The notes below the pieces were generated by a model. It did no database searches, was not told where the DNA came from, and saw only the letters and a list, made by a program, of their open reading frames with translations. The position numbers and the translations under genes are program-made. DNA of 64,000 nucleotides, from contig CAZHRW010000149.1 of assembly GCA_964535025.1 (NCBI GenBank), positions 11,932-75,931 on the forward strand, written 5' to 3'. Shown in pieces: positions 1 through 9,623 of this stretch; position 1 is the stretch's first letter, and each line of letters opens with the position of its first letter. This stretch comes from an uncultured Planctomycetales bacterium (lineage in GTDB: Bacteria; Planctomycetota; Phycisphaerae; SM23-33; FEN-1343).

Positions 1-334
1 GGCGGCCGAATGCGCCGTTGGGCATCAGCCCCAGCAGCCCAACCAACGGCAGGATCATCCAGGCCATCACCCGCAGGTCCTCGCGCAGGGCCGTGGTGAC
101 CAGGTGGACCATCTGCCCCCACGCGACGGGGGGGAGGGCGGAGCGACTCAGAAAGATCAGCAGCCCCCGCTGGGCGGCAAACAGGACGATCAGCACCGCC
201 ACCAGCCCCGCGGCCGGACGCACCCGCGGATGGCCGATCCATCGGCCGAACGCCACGCGCCGGGCGGGTTCGTTGGTCCACGCCTTTTGATCGCCGGATT
301 CCCCGCGTAACCGCCGCACGCCGCGCCCGTCCAT
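1..334 (-). CDS. Hypothetical membrane protein, N-terminal part; the gene runs off the window start
   Basis: Minus-strand ATG at 334 reads MDGRGV...GLVAVLIVLFAAQRGLLIFL...MAWMILPLVGLLGL, with two or more hydrophobic helices. The plus-frame ORFs 18..290 and 104..310 are Arg/Pro-rich and look like shadow ORFs. Confidence 0.35.
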   Translation of the reverse strand, partial: MDGRGVRRLRGESGDQKAWTNEPARRVAFGRWIGHPRVRPAAGLVAVLIVLFAAQRGLLIFLSRSALPPVAWGQMVHLVTTALREDLRVMAWMILPLVGLLGLMPNGAFGR

Positions 335-422
335 GCCTGGTGGTAGTCAGCTCTGCCGTACGTTGTTCCGTTCGCGCATTGTCCGCGTTAACGGTTGTGT
401 CAGCAAGAGGTCAGGTGGGGCG

Positions 423-1238
423 TTACCAGCTTTCTTCGATGAGCTGCTGGAGCTTGGCGAGGGCCTGTTTTTCGAGTTGGCGGACGCGTTCGCGAGTCAG
501 GCCGATCTGCTTGCCGACCTCTTTGAGCGTGCGTTGTGGACCCTCGTAGCCGTCGAGGCCGTAGCGGAGGGTGACGATGGTTTGCTCGCGTTCGTCGAGG
601 TGGTGCAGGAGATTGCGGATCGCCTCGCGTGTGGCCTCGGCCATGGTGGCCGCGTCGGGGCCGGGGGTGTGCTCGTCGGTAAGCATCTCGCCGATGGCCG
701 CGGCTTCCTCCCCGGACATCTGCGTGGGCGAATTGACGGCCGTCAGGGCCTGCTGGATGATCCCGGCTTTCTTGAGCGAGATATCCAGCCGGTCGGCCAT
801 CTCCTCCAGCGTGGCCGGACGGCCCTGTTCGGTCTCGATCTCGCGGACCACGGCCCGCCAGCGGGTGATCTCCTCGACCATGTAGGCGGGGATGTGGATC
901 GACTGGCCGGCGTTGATCATGGCCCGCTTGACGGCCTGCTTGATCCACCAGGCGGCGTAGGTACTGAAGCGTACGCCGGCGTCCGGGTCGAACTCCTCGA
1001 CCGCCCGCATCAGGCCGATGTTGCCTTCGGCGACCAGGTCCGAGAGGGTCATGCCGCGGTTGGAGTACTGCTTGGCGATGTTGACCACGAGGCGAAGGTT
1101 GGCCTGGATCATCTCCTGGCGGGCGATCGGGTCGCCGTGCTCGCGGATCCGCCGTGACAACTGCTTCTCCTGCTCGGCGGTCAGCAGGGGGGTGTCATTG
1201 ATCTGCTTGAGATACCAACCGAGACCGGTGCCGGCCAT
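423..1238 (-). CDS. Sigma-70 family RNA polymerase sigma factor (RpoD/RpoS-like, regions 1.2 to 4)
   Basis: WYLKQI...PLLTAEQE matches region 1.2. LRLVVNIAKQY...DLVAEGNIGLMRAVEEFD matches region 2. The C-terminal HTH (region 4) is QIGLTRERVRQLEKQAL. Start placed at the ATG preceded by GAGGA; the track start at 1292 is a GTG. Confidence 0.85.
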   Translation of the reverse strand: MAGTGLGWYLKQINDTPLLTAEQEKQLSRRIREHGDPIARQEMIQANLRLVVNIAKQYSNRGMTLSDLVAEGNIGLMRAVEEFDPDAGVRFSTYAAWWIKQAVKRAMINAGQSIHIPAYMVEEITRWRAVVREIETEQGRPATLEEMADRLDISLKKAGIIQQALTAVNSPTQMSGEEAAAIGEMLTDEHTPGPDAATMAEATREAIRNLLHHLDEREQTIVTLRYGLDGYEGPQRTLKEVGKQIGLTRERVRQLEKQALAKLQQLIEESW

Positions 1239-1473
1239 GCCGCAATCCTCACTGAGCCATGTGGGTCCCCGCCGGGCGGGGAATTCCTCCACAAGCGATT
1301 GTCGGCATGGAAGTAGGGTCGCTTGAGTAAGGGTGAGGCCTTAGGGATCGGCAGTGCTGCCGGTGCGCGCGACGTACGCCGGGAGGCGCGGACTTCGGCG
1401 CGAGGGACCGGTCACGGGGCGATGAGGGGGGTTGTCCGGCAAGGAGCTCCGGCTGATCAGCCGCCCGCCGCGT

Positions 1474-1815
1474 CTACGCCTTGGTTGCGACGGGCTGCTT
1501 GAACTTGATCTCGGCGATTTTCACTTCGAGGTACTGCTGGCGGTGCCCGGCCTTACGGCGGTACCCCTTGCGGCGGCGGAACTTGACGACATCCACCTTA
1601 TCGCCGCGTACCTGGCGACGCTGGATGTCGGCCACCACGGTGGCGCCATCCACGAGCGGGGCGCCGATCTGGCCGTCTCCGTCGTCACTGATCAGCAGCA
1701 CTCGGTCGAAGGTGATCTGCGTGACGTCGTCGCCCACCTCGCGGACATCCACGCGGATGACATCGCCGGCCGCCACCTTGAACTGCTGGCCGCTGTCCTC
1801 AATGATCGCGTACAT
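1474..1815 (-). CDS. rplU: 50S ribosomal protein L21
   Basis: MYAIIEDSGQQFKV... is the L21 signature. An AAGGAA RBS precedes the ATG. No room downstream for rpmA. Confidence 0.9.
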   Translation of the reverse strand: MYAIIEDSGQQFKVAAGDVIRVDVREVGDDVTQITFDRVLLISDDGDGQIGAPLVDGATVVADIQRRQVRGDKVDVVKFRRRKGYRRKAGHRQQYLEVKIAEIKFKQPVATKA

Positions 1816-1940
1816 CGTTGTCGTTCCTTCGCTTCCTGCAGATTCACTTCGCGCCGGCGAGCTTCCGTAGCCGCCACCGGCAAAGTCGGGCCATTATGAC
1901 CCAATACGGCGCCGTGTCAAGGGCAGTTCTTCCGTGATTC

Positions 1941-3311
1941 TCACGATCGGTTCCCAAGGCGGCGCATCAGCGCCACGGAGGCATGGATTGCACGGCGGAA
2001 CTGGTCGAGGGCGAATCGCTCGTTGGGGCTGTGCACGCGGTCGCTCGGCAGGGACAAGCCCATGATCAGCGGGTCGACGCCGAGGTGCCGGTGGAAGTGG
2101 ATGGCCACGGGGATGCTCGCCCCGCAGCGGACCAGGACGCAAGGCGCCTCGAACGCCTCGCTGATCGCCCCGCGGGCCGCCTCGACGGCCGGCGCGTCCG
2201 GGTCGGCCAGCCAGGGGTCCTGCGCCGTCAGCAGGTCCACCGTCAGGCCGATCCCCGCCGGGCAGTGCTTGCGCAGATGGGCTTCGAGCTGCCGGGCGAC
2301 GCGCTCGGCCTGCTGGTCGCAGACCAACCGGCAGGACAATTTGGCCTTCGCCCAGGCGGGGATGACCGTCTTGCAGCCCTCGCCCATGTACCCGCCCCAC
2401 AGGCCGTGGCAATCCAGCGTGGGCAGCGCCCAGAGCCGTTCCAGCGGCGGCACGTCTTCGGGGCCGGCCAGGGTCGTCGCGCCGATCTCGGCCCGCCAGG
2501 CGTCGGCGTCGAAGGCCAGACCCTCCCACATGGACCGCTCGGCCTCGCCGGGGGGGCGGACGTCGTTGTAGAACTCTTCGACGGCCACTCGCCCGTCGTC
2601 GTCGTGCAGGGAGGCGACCAGGGCGGCCAGGGCGTTGAGCGGGTTGGGCGCCAGCCCGCCGCACAGGCCGCTGTGCAGATCGTGGTCGGGACCGGTCGCC
2701 GTCACCTCGATGTAGGTCAGTCCCCGCAGGGCGTAGGTCAGCGATGGGGTTTCGTCGTCGTAGAAGGCCCCGTCGGCGATGGCGATGGCGTCGCAGGCGA
2801 GTCGTTCGGTGTTGTCGGCGACGAACGGGCCGAGCGTGGGCGAGCCGACCTCCTCTTCGCCCTCGAAGAGGCACTTGATGTTGACCGGCAGGGCCTCCCC
2901 GGCCGCCCGAAAGGCCTCGATGGCCGCGATCCACGCGAACACCGGCCCCTTGTCGTCGCTGGCGCCGCGGGCGACCAGGTGGCCGTCGGCGACGGTCGGA
3001 TCGAACGGGTCGGTCTGCCACAACTCCAGCGGGTCGGGCGGCTGGACGTCGTAATGGCCGTATACCAGCAGCGTGGGCTTGTCAGGGTCCGCGGGTCCGG
3101 CAGCCACCACGGCCGGACGGCCGAGCGGTTCGATCGTCGCTTCCAGCCCCGCCGCCTCGAGGCGGGCGGCCAGCCATTCGGCGCAGGCACGGCTGTCAGG
3201 GGCGTGGTCGGTCTGGGCGGAGATGCTCGGGAACCGGCAGAAGGCCTTCAGCGACTCGACGGACGCGTCGAATCGCGTCTCGACCTGGGATCGGACGGCG
3301 TCGTTGGGCAT
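1941..3311 (-). CDS. M20 family metallopeptidase (dipeptidase / ArgE-DapE-CPG2 superfamily)
   Basis: LLVYGHYDVQP...GASDDKG...FEGEEEVGS are M20 metal-binding motifs. A GAGGAGAA RBS precedes the ATG. Confidence 0.85.
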   Translation of the reverse strand: MPNDAVRSQVETRFDASVESLKAFCRFPSISAQTDHAPDSRACAEWLAARLEAAGLEATIEPLGRPAVVAAGPADPDKPTLLVYGHYDVQPPDPLELWQTDPFDPTVADGHLVARGASDDKGPVFAWIAAIEAFRAAGEALPVNIKCLFEGEEEVGSPTLGPFVADNTERLACDAIAIADGAFYDDETPSLTYALRGLTYIEVTATGPDHDLHSGLCGGLAPNPLNALAALVASLHDDDGRVAVEEFYNDVRPPGEAERSMWEGLAFDADAWRAEIGATTLAGPEDVPPLERLWALPTLDCHGLWGGYMGEGCKTVIPAWAKAKLSCRLVCDQQAERVARQLEAHLRKHCPAGIGLTVDLLTAQDPWLADPDAPAVEAARGAISEAFEAPCVLVRCGASIPVAIHFHRHLGVDPLIMGLSLPSDRVHSPNERFALDQFRRAIHASVALMRRLGNRS

Positions 3312-3444
3312 GGCGTTCTCCTCAGTCGGCCTTTACCTTAGCCGCTCGGCCCGCTGATGCAAGCGGTTCCATCGCTGGCGGCGGAGATGGCGCTTTGTTA
3401 GAATCGTACGCGACGCGGACTTGCAGGGAGAGAGGTGGTCGGCC

Positions 3445-4536
3445 ATGGAGGTGATTGGAGCGTTTATCGGCGGTGTGGTGCTCGGCGCGGCGGTCGTGGC
3501 GGTCGTCACGCTGCTGTACGGGCGCACCGCCGGCAAGGCCGCCGAGGCGCGGTTCCGCGATGCGTTCGCGGCGCTGTCGGCCGACGCCCTGTCGGCCAAC
3601 AGCGAACGCTTCCTTACGCTGGCCCGCGAACGGCTGGCGGCCCAGACGGCGGCCGGGTCGGCCGAACTGGAGAAGCGCAAGGAGATGATCGACCGCTCCC
3701 TCCAGCAGGTGGGCGAGCGTCTCGAAGCGGTCCGCGACCTGTCGGCGAAGCTCGAAAGCGCCCGCAAGGAGGATCACGGTAAGCTCACCCAGCAGGTGGC
3801 CGAGTCGATCCGCCAGGTAGCCGAGCTGCGCGACACCACCGACCAGTTGCGCGCCGCCCTCGCCCATCCCCAGCAGCGGGGCAAGTGGGGCGAGCGGATG
3901 GCCGACGACATCCTCCAGCGGGCGGGGATGATCGAGGGGGTCAACTACACCAAGCAGGAAACCATGACCGACGGGCGCCGTCCGGACTTCACGTTCCTGC
4001 TGGGCAACGGCGTCAAGCTCAACATGGACGTCAAGTTCCCCCTGGACAACTACCTGCGACACCTGGAGGGCGACGACGACTCGGCGGCCCTGCAGGGGTT
4101 CCTCACCGATGTTCGCACACAGATCCGGGCGATCTCCACTCGCGAGTACATCAACCCCACCGACGGCACGGCGGATTTCGCGTTGATGTTCATCCCCAAC
4201 GAGCGGGTCTTTGCCTTCATTCAGGACCTCGATCATGCCCTGCTCAGCGAGGCCGCCCAGCGGCGGGTGCTGCTGGTGGGGCCGCTGAGTCTGCTGGCGG
4301 TGCTCCACGTCGTCCGCCAGGCCGCCGAGGTGGCCAACCTCTCCCGCCAGACCTCCGATGCGCTGCAACTGGTCGCCGAATTCACCCGCCAGTGGGGCAA
4401 GTTCACCGAAGAGCTCGACAAGCTCGGCGGTCGTCTCGACGCGGCCGTCAAGCAATACGAGACGATCCGCACCACGCGCGCCAACGTCCTGGAACGTCCG
4501 CTCCGGCGGCTGGAGGATCTGCGGGCGCAAGGGTAG
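3445..4536 (+). CDS. rmuC: DNA recombination protein RmuC
   Basis: N-terminal TM anchor followed by a long coiled-coil region and a C-terminal RmuC domain (FALMFIPNERVFAFI...LLVGPLSLLAVL). Start at the ATG after GGGAGAGAGG; the track start at 3421 is a TTG. Confidence 0.85.
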   Translation: MEVIGAFIGGVVLGAAVVAVVTLLYGRTAGKAAEARFRDAFAALSADALSANSERFLTLARERLAAQTAAGSAELEKRKEMIDRSLQQVGERLEAVRDLSAKLESARKEDHGKLTQQVAESIRQVAELRDTTDQLRAALAHPQQRGKWGERMADDILQRAGMIEGVNYTKQETMTDGRRPDFTFLLGNGVKLNMDVKFPLDNYLRHLEGDDDSAALQGFLTDVRTQIRAISTREYINPTDGTADFALMFIPNERVFAFIQDLDHALLSEAAQRRVLLVGPLSLLAVLHVVRQAAEVANLSRQTSDALQLVAEFTRQWGKFTEELDKLGGRLDAAVKQYETIRTTRANVLERPLRRLEDLRAQG

Positions 4537-4649
4537 GCTGTGTGCTGTCGGACCAGGGGACTGCCTTGAGAAATTCGGATCTCATGCATCTTCGTCGCCG
4601 TATGGCTTTCGTTGACAGAACGGTGAGTGCACCGGATACTTGACCTTTC

Positions 4650-5975
4650 ATGGTCGCCATTGCGCTGGACATTCTGTATGCATTGGGCCTGGTGGCTACC
4701 GGTCCGATGTGGCTGACGCGGATGATCCGCCACGGGCGCTATCGCACGGGCTGGGCCCAGCGGTTCGGACGGGCGCCAATCTGCGGCGACGGCGGGCCGG
4801 TGATCTGGATCCACGCGGTGAGCCTCGGCGAGGTGAACGGCATCCGCGCGCTGATCGACGAGTTGGCCGCCCGGGTGCCCAATCACCGGATCGTCATCTC
4901 CTCGACGACGGACACCGGTATGGCCCGGGCCGAAGCGCTGTTCGCGCCCGCTCGGGAGGTCTTCCGGTTTCCGCTGGACTTCTCCTGGGCGGTTCGCCGG
5001 GCGTTCGATCGCGTCGACCCGGCGCTGGTGGTCCTGATGGAGGGGGAGATCTGGCCGAACTTCCTCGCGCGCGCCAATCGTCGTCGCGTCCCGGTTGTGG
5101 TGGTCAACGGGCGGATCAGCGAGAACAAGGGCTACCCCCGCTACCGGAAAATCCGGCCGCTGGTCAAGCGGCTGTTCAACCGGGTGACGGTGCTGGCGGT
5201 GCAGGACGAGGTGTACGCCGAGCGGTTCATCGACCTGGGGGCCGATCCCGAGCGGGTGACGGTGACGGGCATGATGAAATTCGACACCGTCGACACCGCC
5301 GCCTCCGTCGCCGGGGCCGACGCCCTGGCCGCGGCGTTGGGGTTGGGCGCCGGCGATCGGCTCGTTGTCGCCGGCGGGACCGGGCCCGGCGAAGAGGCGC
5401 TCCTGCTGGAGGTGTTCGCCGCCCTCCGCGCCGGGGGACACGCGGATGAGCGGACGTTTCTGGCGATCGTGCCCCGCAAGCCCGAACGGTTCGACGAGGT
5501 CGCCCGCCTGATCGACAAGGCCGGCCTCGACCTCGTCCGCCGCACCGAACGGCCGGACGGCAGCACCGGCACGCTGGCCGATGGGGCCGTGATCCTCGGC
5601 GACACGATGGGGGAGCTGCGCAAGTTCTACAGCCTGGCCGACGCCGTCTTCGTCGGCCGTTCCCTGGTGCCGATGGGCGGTTCGGACATGCTCGAGGCGG
5701 CGGCGCTGGGCAAACCGGTGGCCTTCGGCCCGCACGTGTTCAACTTTCCCCAGGCGCCGGATCTGCTGGCCGCCGGCGGCGCCGTCCAGGTGGCCGACGG
5801 CGAGGAACTGGCCCGTACGCTTGCCCGGTGGTTGGCCGACGGGGATGTCGCGGCCGAACTGGGCCGGCGGGCGCGGGCGTATATCCGCAGCCGCCAGGGC
5901 GCCACGGTACGAAACGCGGCACTCATCCGCGACCTGCTCGACGGGCGCCAAACGAGCGCCGCGACGGGCGAGTGA
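4650..5975 (+). CDS. waaA: 3-deoxy-D-manno-octulosonic acid (Kdo) transferase
   Basis: WIHAVSLGEV...VISSTTDTG is the KdtA/WaaA N-terminal glycosyltransferase signature. C-terminal GT-B fold. Confidence 0.85.
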   Translation: MVAIALDILYALGLVATGPMWLTRMIRHGRYRTGWAQRFGRAPICGDGGPVIWIHAVSLGEVNGIRALIDELAARVPNHRIVISSTTDTGMARAEALFAPAREVFRFPLDFSWAVRRAFDRVDPALVVLMEGEIWPNFLARANRRRVPVVVVNGRISENKGYPRYRKIRPLVKRLFNRVTVLAVQDEVYAERFIDLGADPERVTVTGMMKFDTVDTAASVAGADALAAALGLGAGDRLVVAGGTGPGEEALLLEVFAALRAGGHADERTFLAIVPRKPERFDEVARLIDKAGLDLVRRTERPDGSTGTLADGAVILGDTMGELRKFYSLADAVFVGRSLVPMGGSDMLEAAALGKPVAFGPHVFNFPQAPDLLAAGGAVQVADGEELARTLARWLADGDVAAELGRRARAYIRSRQGATVRNAALIRDLLDGRQTSAATGE

Positions 5976-5988
5976 GAGAGGAAGTATC

Positions 5989-7104
5989 GTGCCCAGCACG
6001 CATTGGAGAAACGAGGTCGTCCGTCGAGCCCGCCGGATCGTCGTAAAGGTAGGCACCTCGGCGTTGACCGACGACCGCGGGCAACTGGACGTGCAGGTGG
6101 TGGCGGATCTGGCGGCCCAGTTGGCGACCGTCATGCGCGACGGGCTGGATGTCACGCTGGTCAGCAGCGGCGCCGTCGGCGCCGGCATGGGCGAGCTGGG
6201 ACTGACCCGCCGGCCGAAGACGCTGCCGCTGCTTCAGGCGACCGCGGCGGTGGGCCAGGGGCAGTTGATGCGGCAGTTCCACGACGCTTTCGTGCCGTTC
6301 GACGTGAAGGTGGCCCAGATTCTCGTCACCCGCGGCGACTTCGAGAACCGTGCGCGCTATCTCAACATCCGCAACACGATCGCCGCCCTCCAGGACCTCG
6401 GGGCCGTGCCGATCATCAACGAGAACGATTCGGTGGCGGTCGACGAGCTGCGCTTCGGCGACAACGACATGATCGCGGCCCACGTGACGAACATGGTCCA
6501 GGCGGAGGTGCTGGTCCTGCTGACGGTGGTCGACGGGGTGCTGTCGGGCTCGCAGGTGCTCGACGTGATCGAAGACGCCCGGGCCGACGCCGCCCGCCTG
6601 CCCACCGGCGCCATCAGCCGATTGGGCTCGGGGGGCATGGGCTCGAAGCTCCACGCGGCCCACATGGTGACGGCGGCCGGGGAGGTGGCGATCATCGCCA
6701 ACGCCCGCACGCCCAACGTCCTCGGCCGTCTGCTGGCGGGCGAGAAGCTCGGCACACTGTGCACGCCGGGCCCCAACAAGCTGTCGGCCCGCCGCCGGTG
6801 GATCGGCCAGGCCTCCCGGGCCGCCGGGCGAATCGTCATCGACGCCGGCGCCGTCGAGGCCCTCCGCCGCAAGGGCCGCAGCCTGCTGCCCACCGGCATT
6901 ACCGCTGTGTCCGGCTCGTTTACCAAGGGCGACACCGTCGCGATCGTCGACGGACGCGGCAAGATCGTCGCGCGGGGGCTGAGCAACTACGACGTCGACC
7001 AGGTCGACCGGATCAAGGGCCTCAAGACCGGCCAGGTCGCCAGGGCCCTTGGTGACAAACCCTACGACGAGGTGGTCCATCGCAACAACATGATGATTCT
7101 CTGA
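5989..7104 (+). CDS. proB: Glutamate 5-kinase with C-terminal PUA domain
   Basis: VVKVGTSALTD...VSSGAVGAG...ENDSVAVDELRFGDND kinase motifs, plus a C-terminal PUA domain. GTG start after GAGAGGAAG, one gene downstream of the waaA stop. Confidence 0.9.
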   Translation: MPSTHWRNEVVRRARRIVVKVGTSALTDDRGQLDVQVVADLAAQLATVMRDGLDVTLVSSGAVGAGMGELGLTRRPKTLPLLQATAAVGQGQLMRQFHDAFVPFDVKVAQILVTRGDFENRARYLNIRNTIAALQDLGAVPIINENDSVAVDELRFGDNDMIAAHVTNMVQAEVLVLLTVVDGVLSGSQVLDVIEDARADAARLPTGAISRLGSGGMGSKLHAAHMVTAAGEVAIIANARTPNVLGRLLAGEKLGTLCTPGPNKLSARRRWIGQASRAAGRIVIDAGAVEALRRKGRSLLPTGITAVSGSFTKGDTVAIVDGRGKIVARGLSNYDVDQVDRIKGLKTGQVARALGDKPYDEVVHRNNMMIL

Positions 7105-7206
7105 CCGGCAGGCTGTGGGCGGGGCCTGTCGTTCCCGGCCGGCTTTCATATCGTAAGCTACTTGACGACAGCCGGCTGCGCGGGCGATCGTGGCGAATGT
7201 CCGGAC

Positions 7207-7236
7207 TTGACCTCACGGCGGTTTCGGCGGTATGAT
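7207..7236 (+). promoter_or_regulatory. Candidate sigma-70 promoter: TTGACC, 18-bp spacer, TATGAT, upstream of the FHA-GAF-kinase gene
   Basis: Hexamers read directly in the 178-bp intergenic region. Confidence 0.3.
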
Positions 7237-7281
7237 GTAGCCCGGGTGATGACTTCTTAACACTGGCGCGTCGGAGCGGAC

Positions 7282-8943
7282 GTGGCAACGATTCACGTCA
7301 TCCAGGGCCCCGACAAGGGGCGCACGCATGATCTGCCGGCGCGGGAGACGCGCGTCGGCCGAGAGGCCGAGGATCTGCAGTTGAACGATCCGACCGTCTC
7401 GCGGGAACACGTGCGCCTGTTCCCGCAGAACGGCGAGTGGATCATCGAGGATCTCGGCTCGGCCAACGGCACGTACGTCAACGGCGTGCGGCTGCGACGG
7501 ACGCTGCCCCTGCGCCAGGGCGACCAGGTCCGCGTGGGCAGCACGCTGCTGGTCTTCGGCGGGTCGGGCCCGGCCCCCGTCACCGACGGGGCGCTCGACA
7601 TCGACGAAGACGGCCGCCTCGTCGATTCAGCCATCATCACCTCCGTACCGGGCAACGCCGATTCGGTGATCATGCCCACGCCCGAGGCCGGCGACCGCGC
7701 CATTGGCAACCTCCGCCACCTGTACAACCTGATCGGCACCATCAGCACCATCTTTGACGCCGAACTGCTGGCCAATCGCGTGCTCGACCACGTCTGTGAG
7801 CTGTTCCACCCCGATCGCGGCTTCGTGGTGCTCATCGCCCCGGACGGCAAACTCACCCCCATCGCCGTCCGCTACGAAGAGGGCGAGAAAACCGACGACA
7901 CCGTGCCCATCTCGCGCACCATCGTCAACCACGTGGTGGAACACCAGGTGGGCGTGCTGTGCTCGAACGCCATGGTCGACAAACGCTTTACCAAGGGTCA
8001 CTCCGTCCACGACTTCGGCATCCAGTCGGTGCTGTGCGTGCCCATCGTCGGGCGGGAGCGGATCCTCGGCGTGATCCACGTCGACTCGGCCGTCTCGAAT
8101 CTGACTTACTCCACCGAACAGCTCCGCCTGCTGACGGCGATCGGCTACCAGACGGGCCTGGCATTGGAGAACGTGCAACTGTACGAGGCGTCGGTCACCT
8201 CCGAGCGGCTCGCCGCCGTCGGCGAGGCCGTCGCGTCGCTGAGCCATTCGATCAAGAACATCCTCCAGGCCCTCCAGGCCGGCGCCGACGTCGTCGACAT
8301 GGCGGTCGATCACGGCCAACTCGACCAGGCCCGCGAAGCCTGGCCCATCGTCACCCGGAACCTCGAGCGGATCAATTCGCTGATCGTCAACATGCTCGCC
8401 TTCTCGAAGCAGCGCCAGCCGCTGCTGCAGTCGATCTCGATCAACCATGTGGTTACCGAGTGCGTCGATCTGCTCACCGCACGGGCCGACGAGCGGCGCG
8501 TGGCGCTTTTGGCCGACCTGGGCGACGTTCCGCCCATCCCCGCCGACGTCGAAGGCCTGCACCAGGCGCTGGTCAACCTGGTGACCAACGCCCTCGACGT
8601 CGTCCCCGACGGCACCGGCGCCGTGACCATCCGCACCACCTTCGACACCATGGAGCGCCTGGCCCGCATCGCCGTCGCCGACAACGGCCCGGGGATCGAC
8701 GCGGCCACGCGGGCGCGGATCTTCGAGCCGTTCTTCTCCACCAAGGGTCAGAAGGGCACCGGGCTGGGTCTGGCGGTCACCCGCAAGGTCGTCGAGGAGC
8801 ACGGTGGCCGCATCGAAGTCGACGCCGCTCCCGGTCGCGGCTCGATCTTCACCATCGTCCTGCCCAGTACGCCCCCCGAATTTGCCGGCGCTCAGGACAC
8901 CCAGGGCCCCGCCTGGCCCAAGCGTTACCACCCCAAGCGCTAG
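7282..8943 (+). CDS. Sensor histidine kinase with N-terminal FHA domain and central GAF domain (FHA-GAF-HisKA-HATPase_c); no receiver domain
   Basis: FHA: ...VGREAEDLQLNDPTVSREHVRL...GSANGTYVNG. GAF in the middle. H-box: SLSHSIKNILQAL. HATPase_c G-boxes: DNGPGID...GTGLGLAV. GTG start. Confidence 0.8.
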   Translation: MATIHVIQGPDKGRTHDLPARETRVGREAEDLQLNDPTVSREHVRLFPQNGEWIIEDLGSANGTYVNGVRLRRTLPLRQGDQVRVGSTLLVFGGSGPAPVTDGALDIDEDGRLVDSAIITSVPGNADSVIMPTPEAGDRAIGNLRHLYNLIGTISTIFDAELLANRVLDHVCELFHPDRGFVVLIAPDGKLTPIAVRYEEGEKTDDTVPISRTIVNHVVEHQVGVLCSNAMVDKRFTKGHSVHDFGIQSVLCVPIVGRERILGVIHVDSAVSNLTYSTEQLRLLTAIGYQTGLALENVQLYEASVTSERLAAVGEAVASLSHSIKNILQALQAGADVVDMAVDHGQLDQAREAWPIVTRNLERINSLIVNMLAFSKQRQPLLQSISINHVVTECVDLLTARADERRVALLADLGDVPPIPADVEGLHQALVNLVTNALDVVPDGTGAVTIRTTFDTMERLARIAVADNGPGIDAATRARIFEPFFSTKGQKGTGLGLAVTRKVVEEHGGRIEVDAAPGRGSIFTIVLPSTPPEFAGAQDTQGPAWPKRYHPKR

Positions 8944-8961
8944 GGCGGACGAGGTGCGGGC

Positions 8962-9576
8962 TTACCCGCCCGGCACCCAGTAGGCTTCGATGGTGTCGAT
9001 TTCCAGCGAGAACGGGCCCTCGTGGGGCTCGCTGATCATGAGGCCGATGCCGGTGATCTCCCCGGCGGGAACCCGTTGCCAGGCAAGCCGCTCGCCGCGC
9101 CGGTAGGGGGCGAACTCGACGAAGGGCGCCAGCACCTTACGCCATTGGTCCGTCCTGGTGTCGAAAGCCGCCTGGTAGCGGGGTCCTTCGTCATCCGGCC
9201 CGGTCGTGACATAGAGGATGTACCGCCGGCCGTCGCCCCGCACACGCAGAACAAGCCCTTCGCAGCCCGCCAGGGCGCCGTCGGGCAGGGGCGCGCGGAC
9301 GGAGGCGAAACCGCCCTGGTTGGCCAACGACACGGTCCCGGCAAACGCCGCGGTGCCGCCTTGGACATACACCAGGCGGCTCTGGGATTCGCCGCCCATG
9401 ACCGTATCGTCGGCCGATTGCCACGGCGCGACCTCCGCCGGGTCGTCGAAGTCGAACAATACCCTCCGCCGGACGCCGATCGTCTCGCTTTCAGCCGCCC
9501 GATCTGCACAGCCGATGATCGCCGTCAGGCCCAGGGCGAGCATCATCGCGACGGTCCTGCATGCACGTGGAGCCAT
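8962..9576 (-). CDS. CIA30 (complex I intermediate-associated protein 30) domain lipoprotein
   Basis: DDTVMGGES...ANQGGFASVR matches CIA30 family motifs. Signal peptide plus lipobox (LTAIIGC). GGAGGGA RBS before the internal ATG. Confidence 0.7.
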   Translation of the reverse strand: MAPRACRTVAMMLALGLTAIIGCADRAAESETIGVRRRVLFDFDDPAEVAPWQSADDTVMGGESQSRLVYVQGGTAAFAGTVSLANQGGFASVRAPLPDGALAGCEGLVLRVRGDGRRYILYVTTGPDDEGPRYQAAFDTRTDQWRKVLAPFVEFAPYRRGERLAWQRVPAGEITGIGLMISEPHEGPFSLEIDTIEAYWVPGG

Positions 9577-9623
9577 GATCTTATCCCTCCACTGCATTTT
9601 AGCGCGATTGCCGGACGACGGCC

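Noticed and set aside
18-310. Plus-strand ORFs at the window start (18-290, 104-310).
   Set aside because: Arg/Pro-rich low-complexity translations. The opposite strand encodes a plausible membrane-protein N-terminus starting at 334.
1293-1473. Expected rpmA (L27) downstream of rplU.
   Set aside because: Only 180 bp lie between rplU and the sigma-factor gene, which is too short for L27. No L27-like frame is present.
5923-7149. Long minus-strand ORF (408 aa) antisense to proB. Similar long antisense ORFs occur at 7627-8931, 14430-16034, 17480-19681, 20248-22167, 36515-37717, 43693-45186, 45264-47513, 50215-51531, 51441-53477, 55165-56931, 56402-57811 and 60885-62918.
   Set aside because: Their composition is Arg/Gly/Pro/Ala-rich, which is typical of shadow ORFs in 70% GC DNA. 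Each overlaps a gene with clear family motifs on the other strand, and none has motifs or an RBS of its own.
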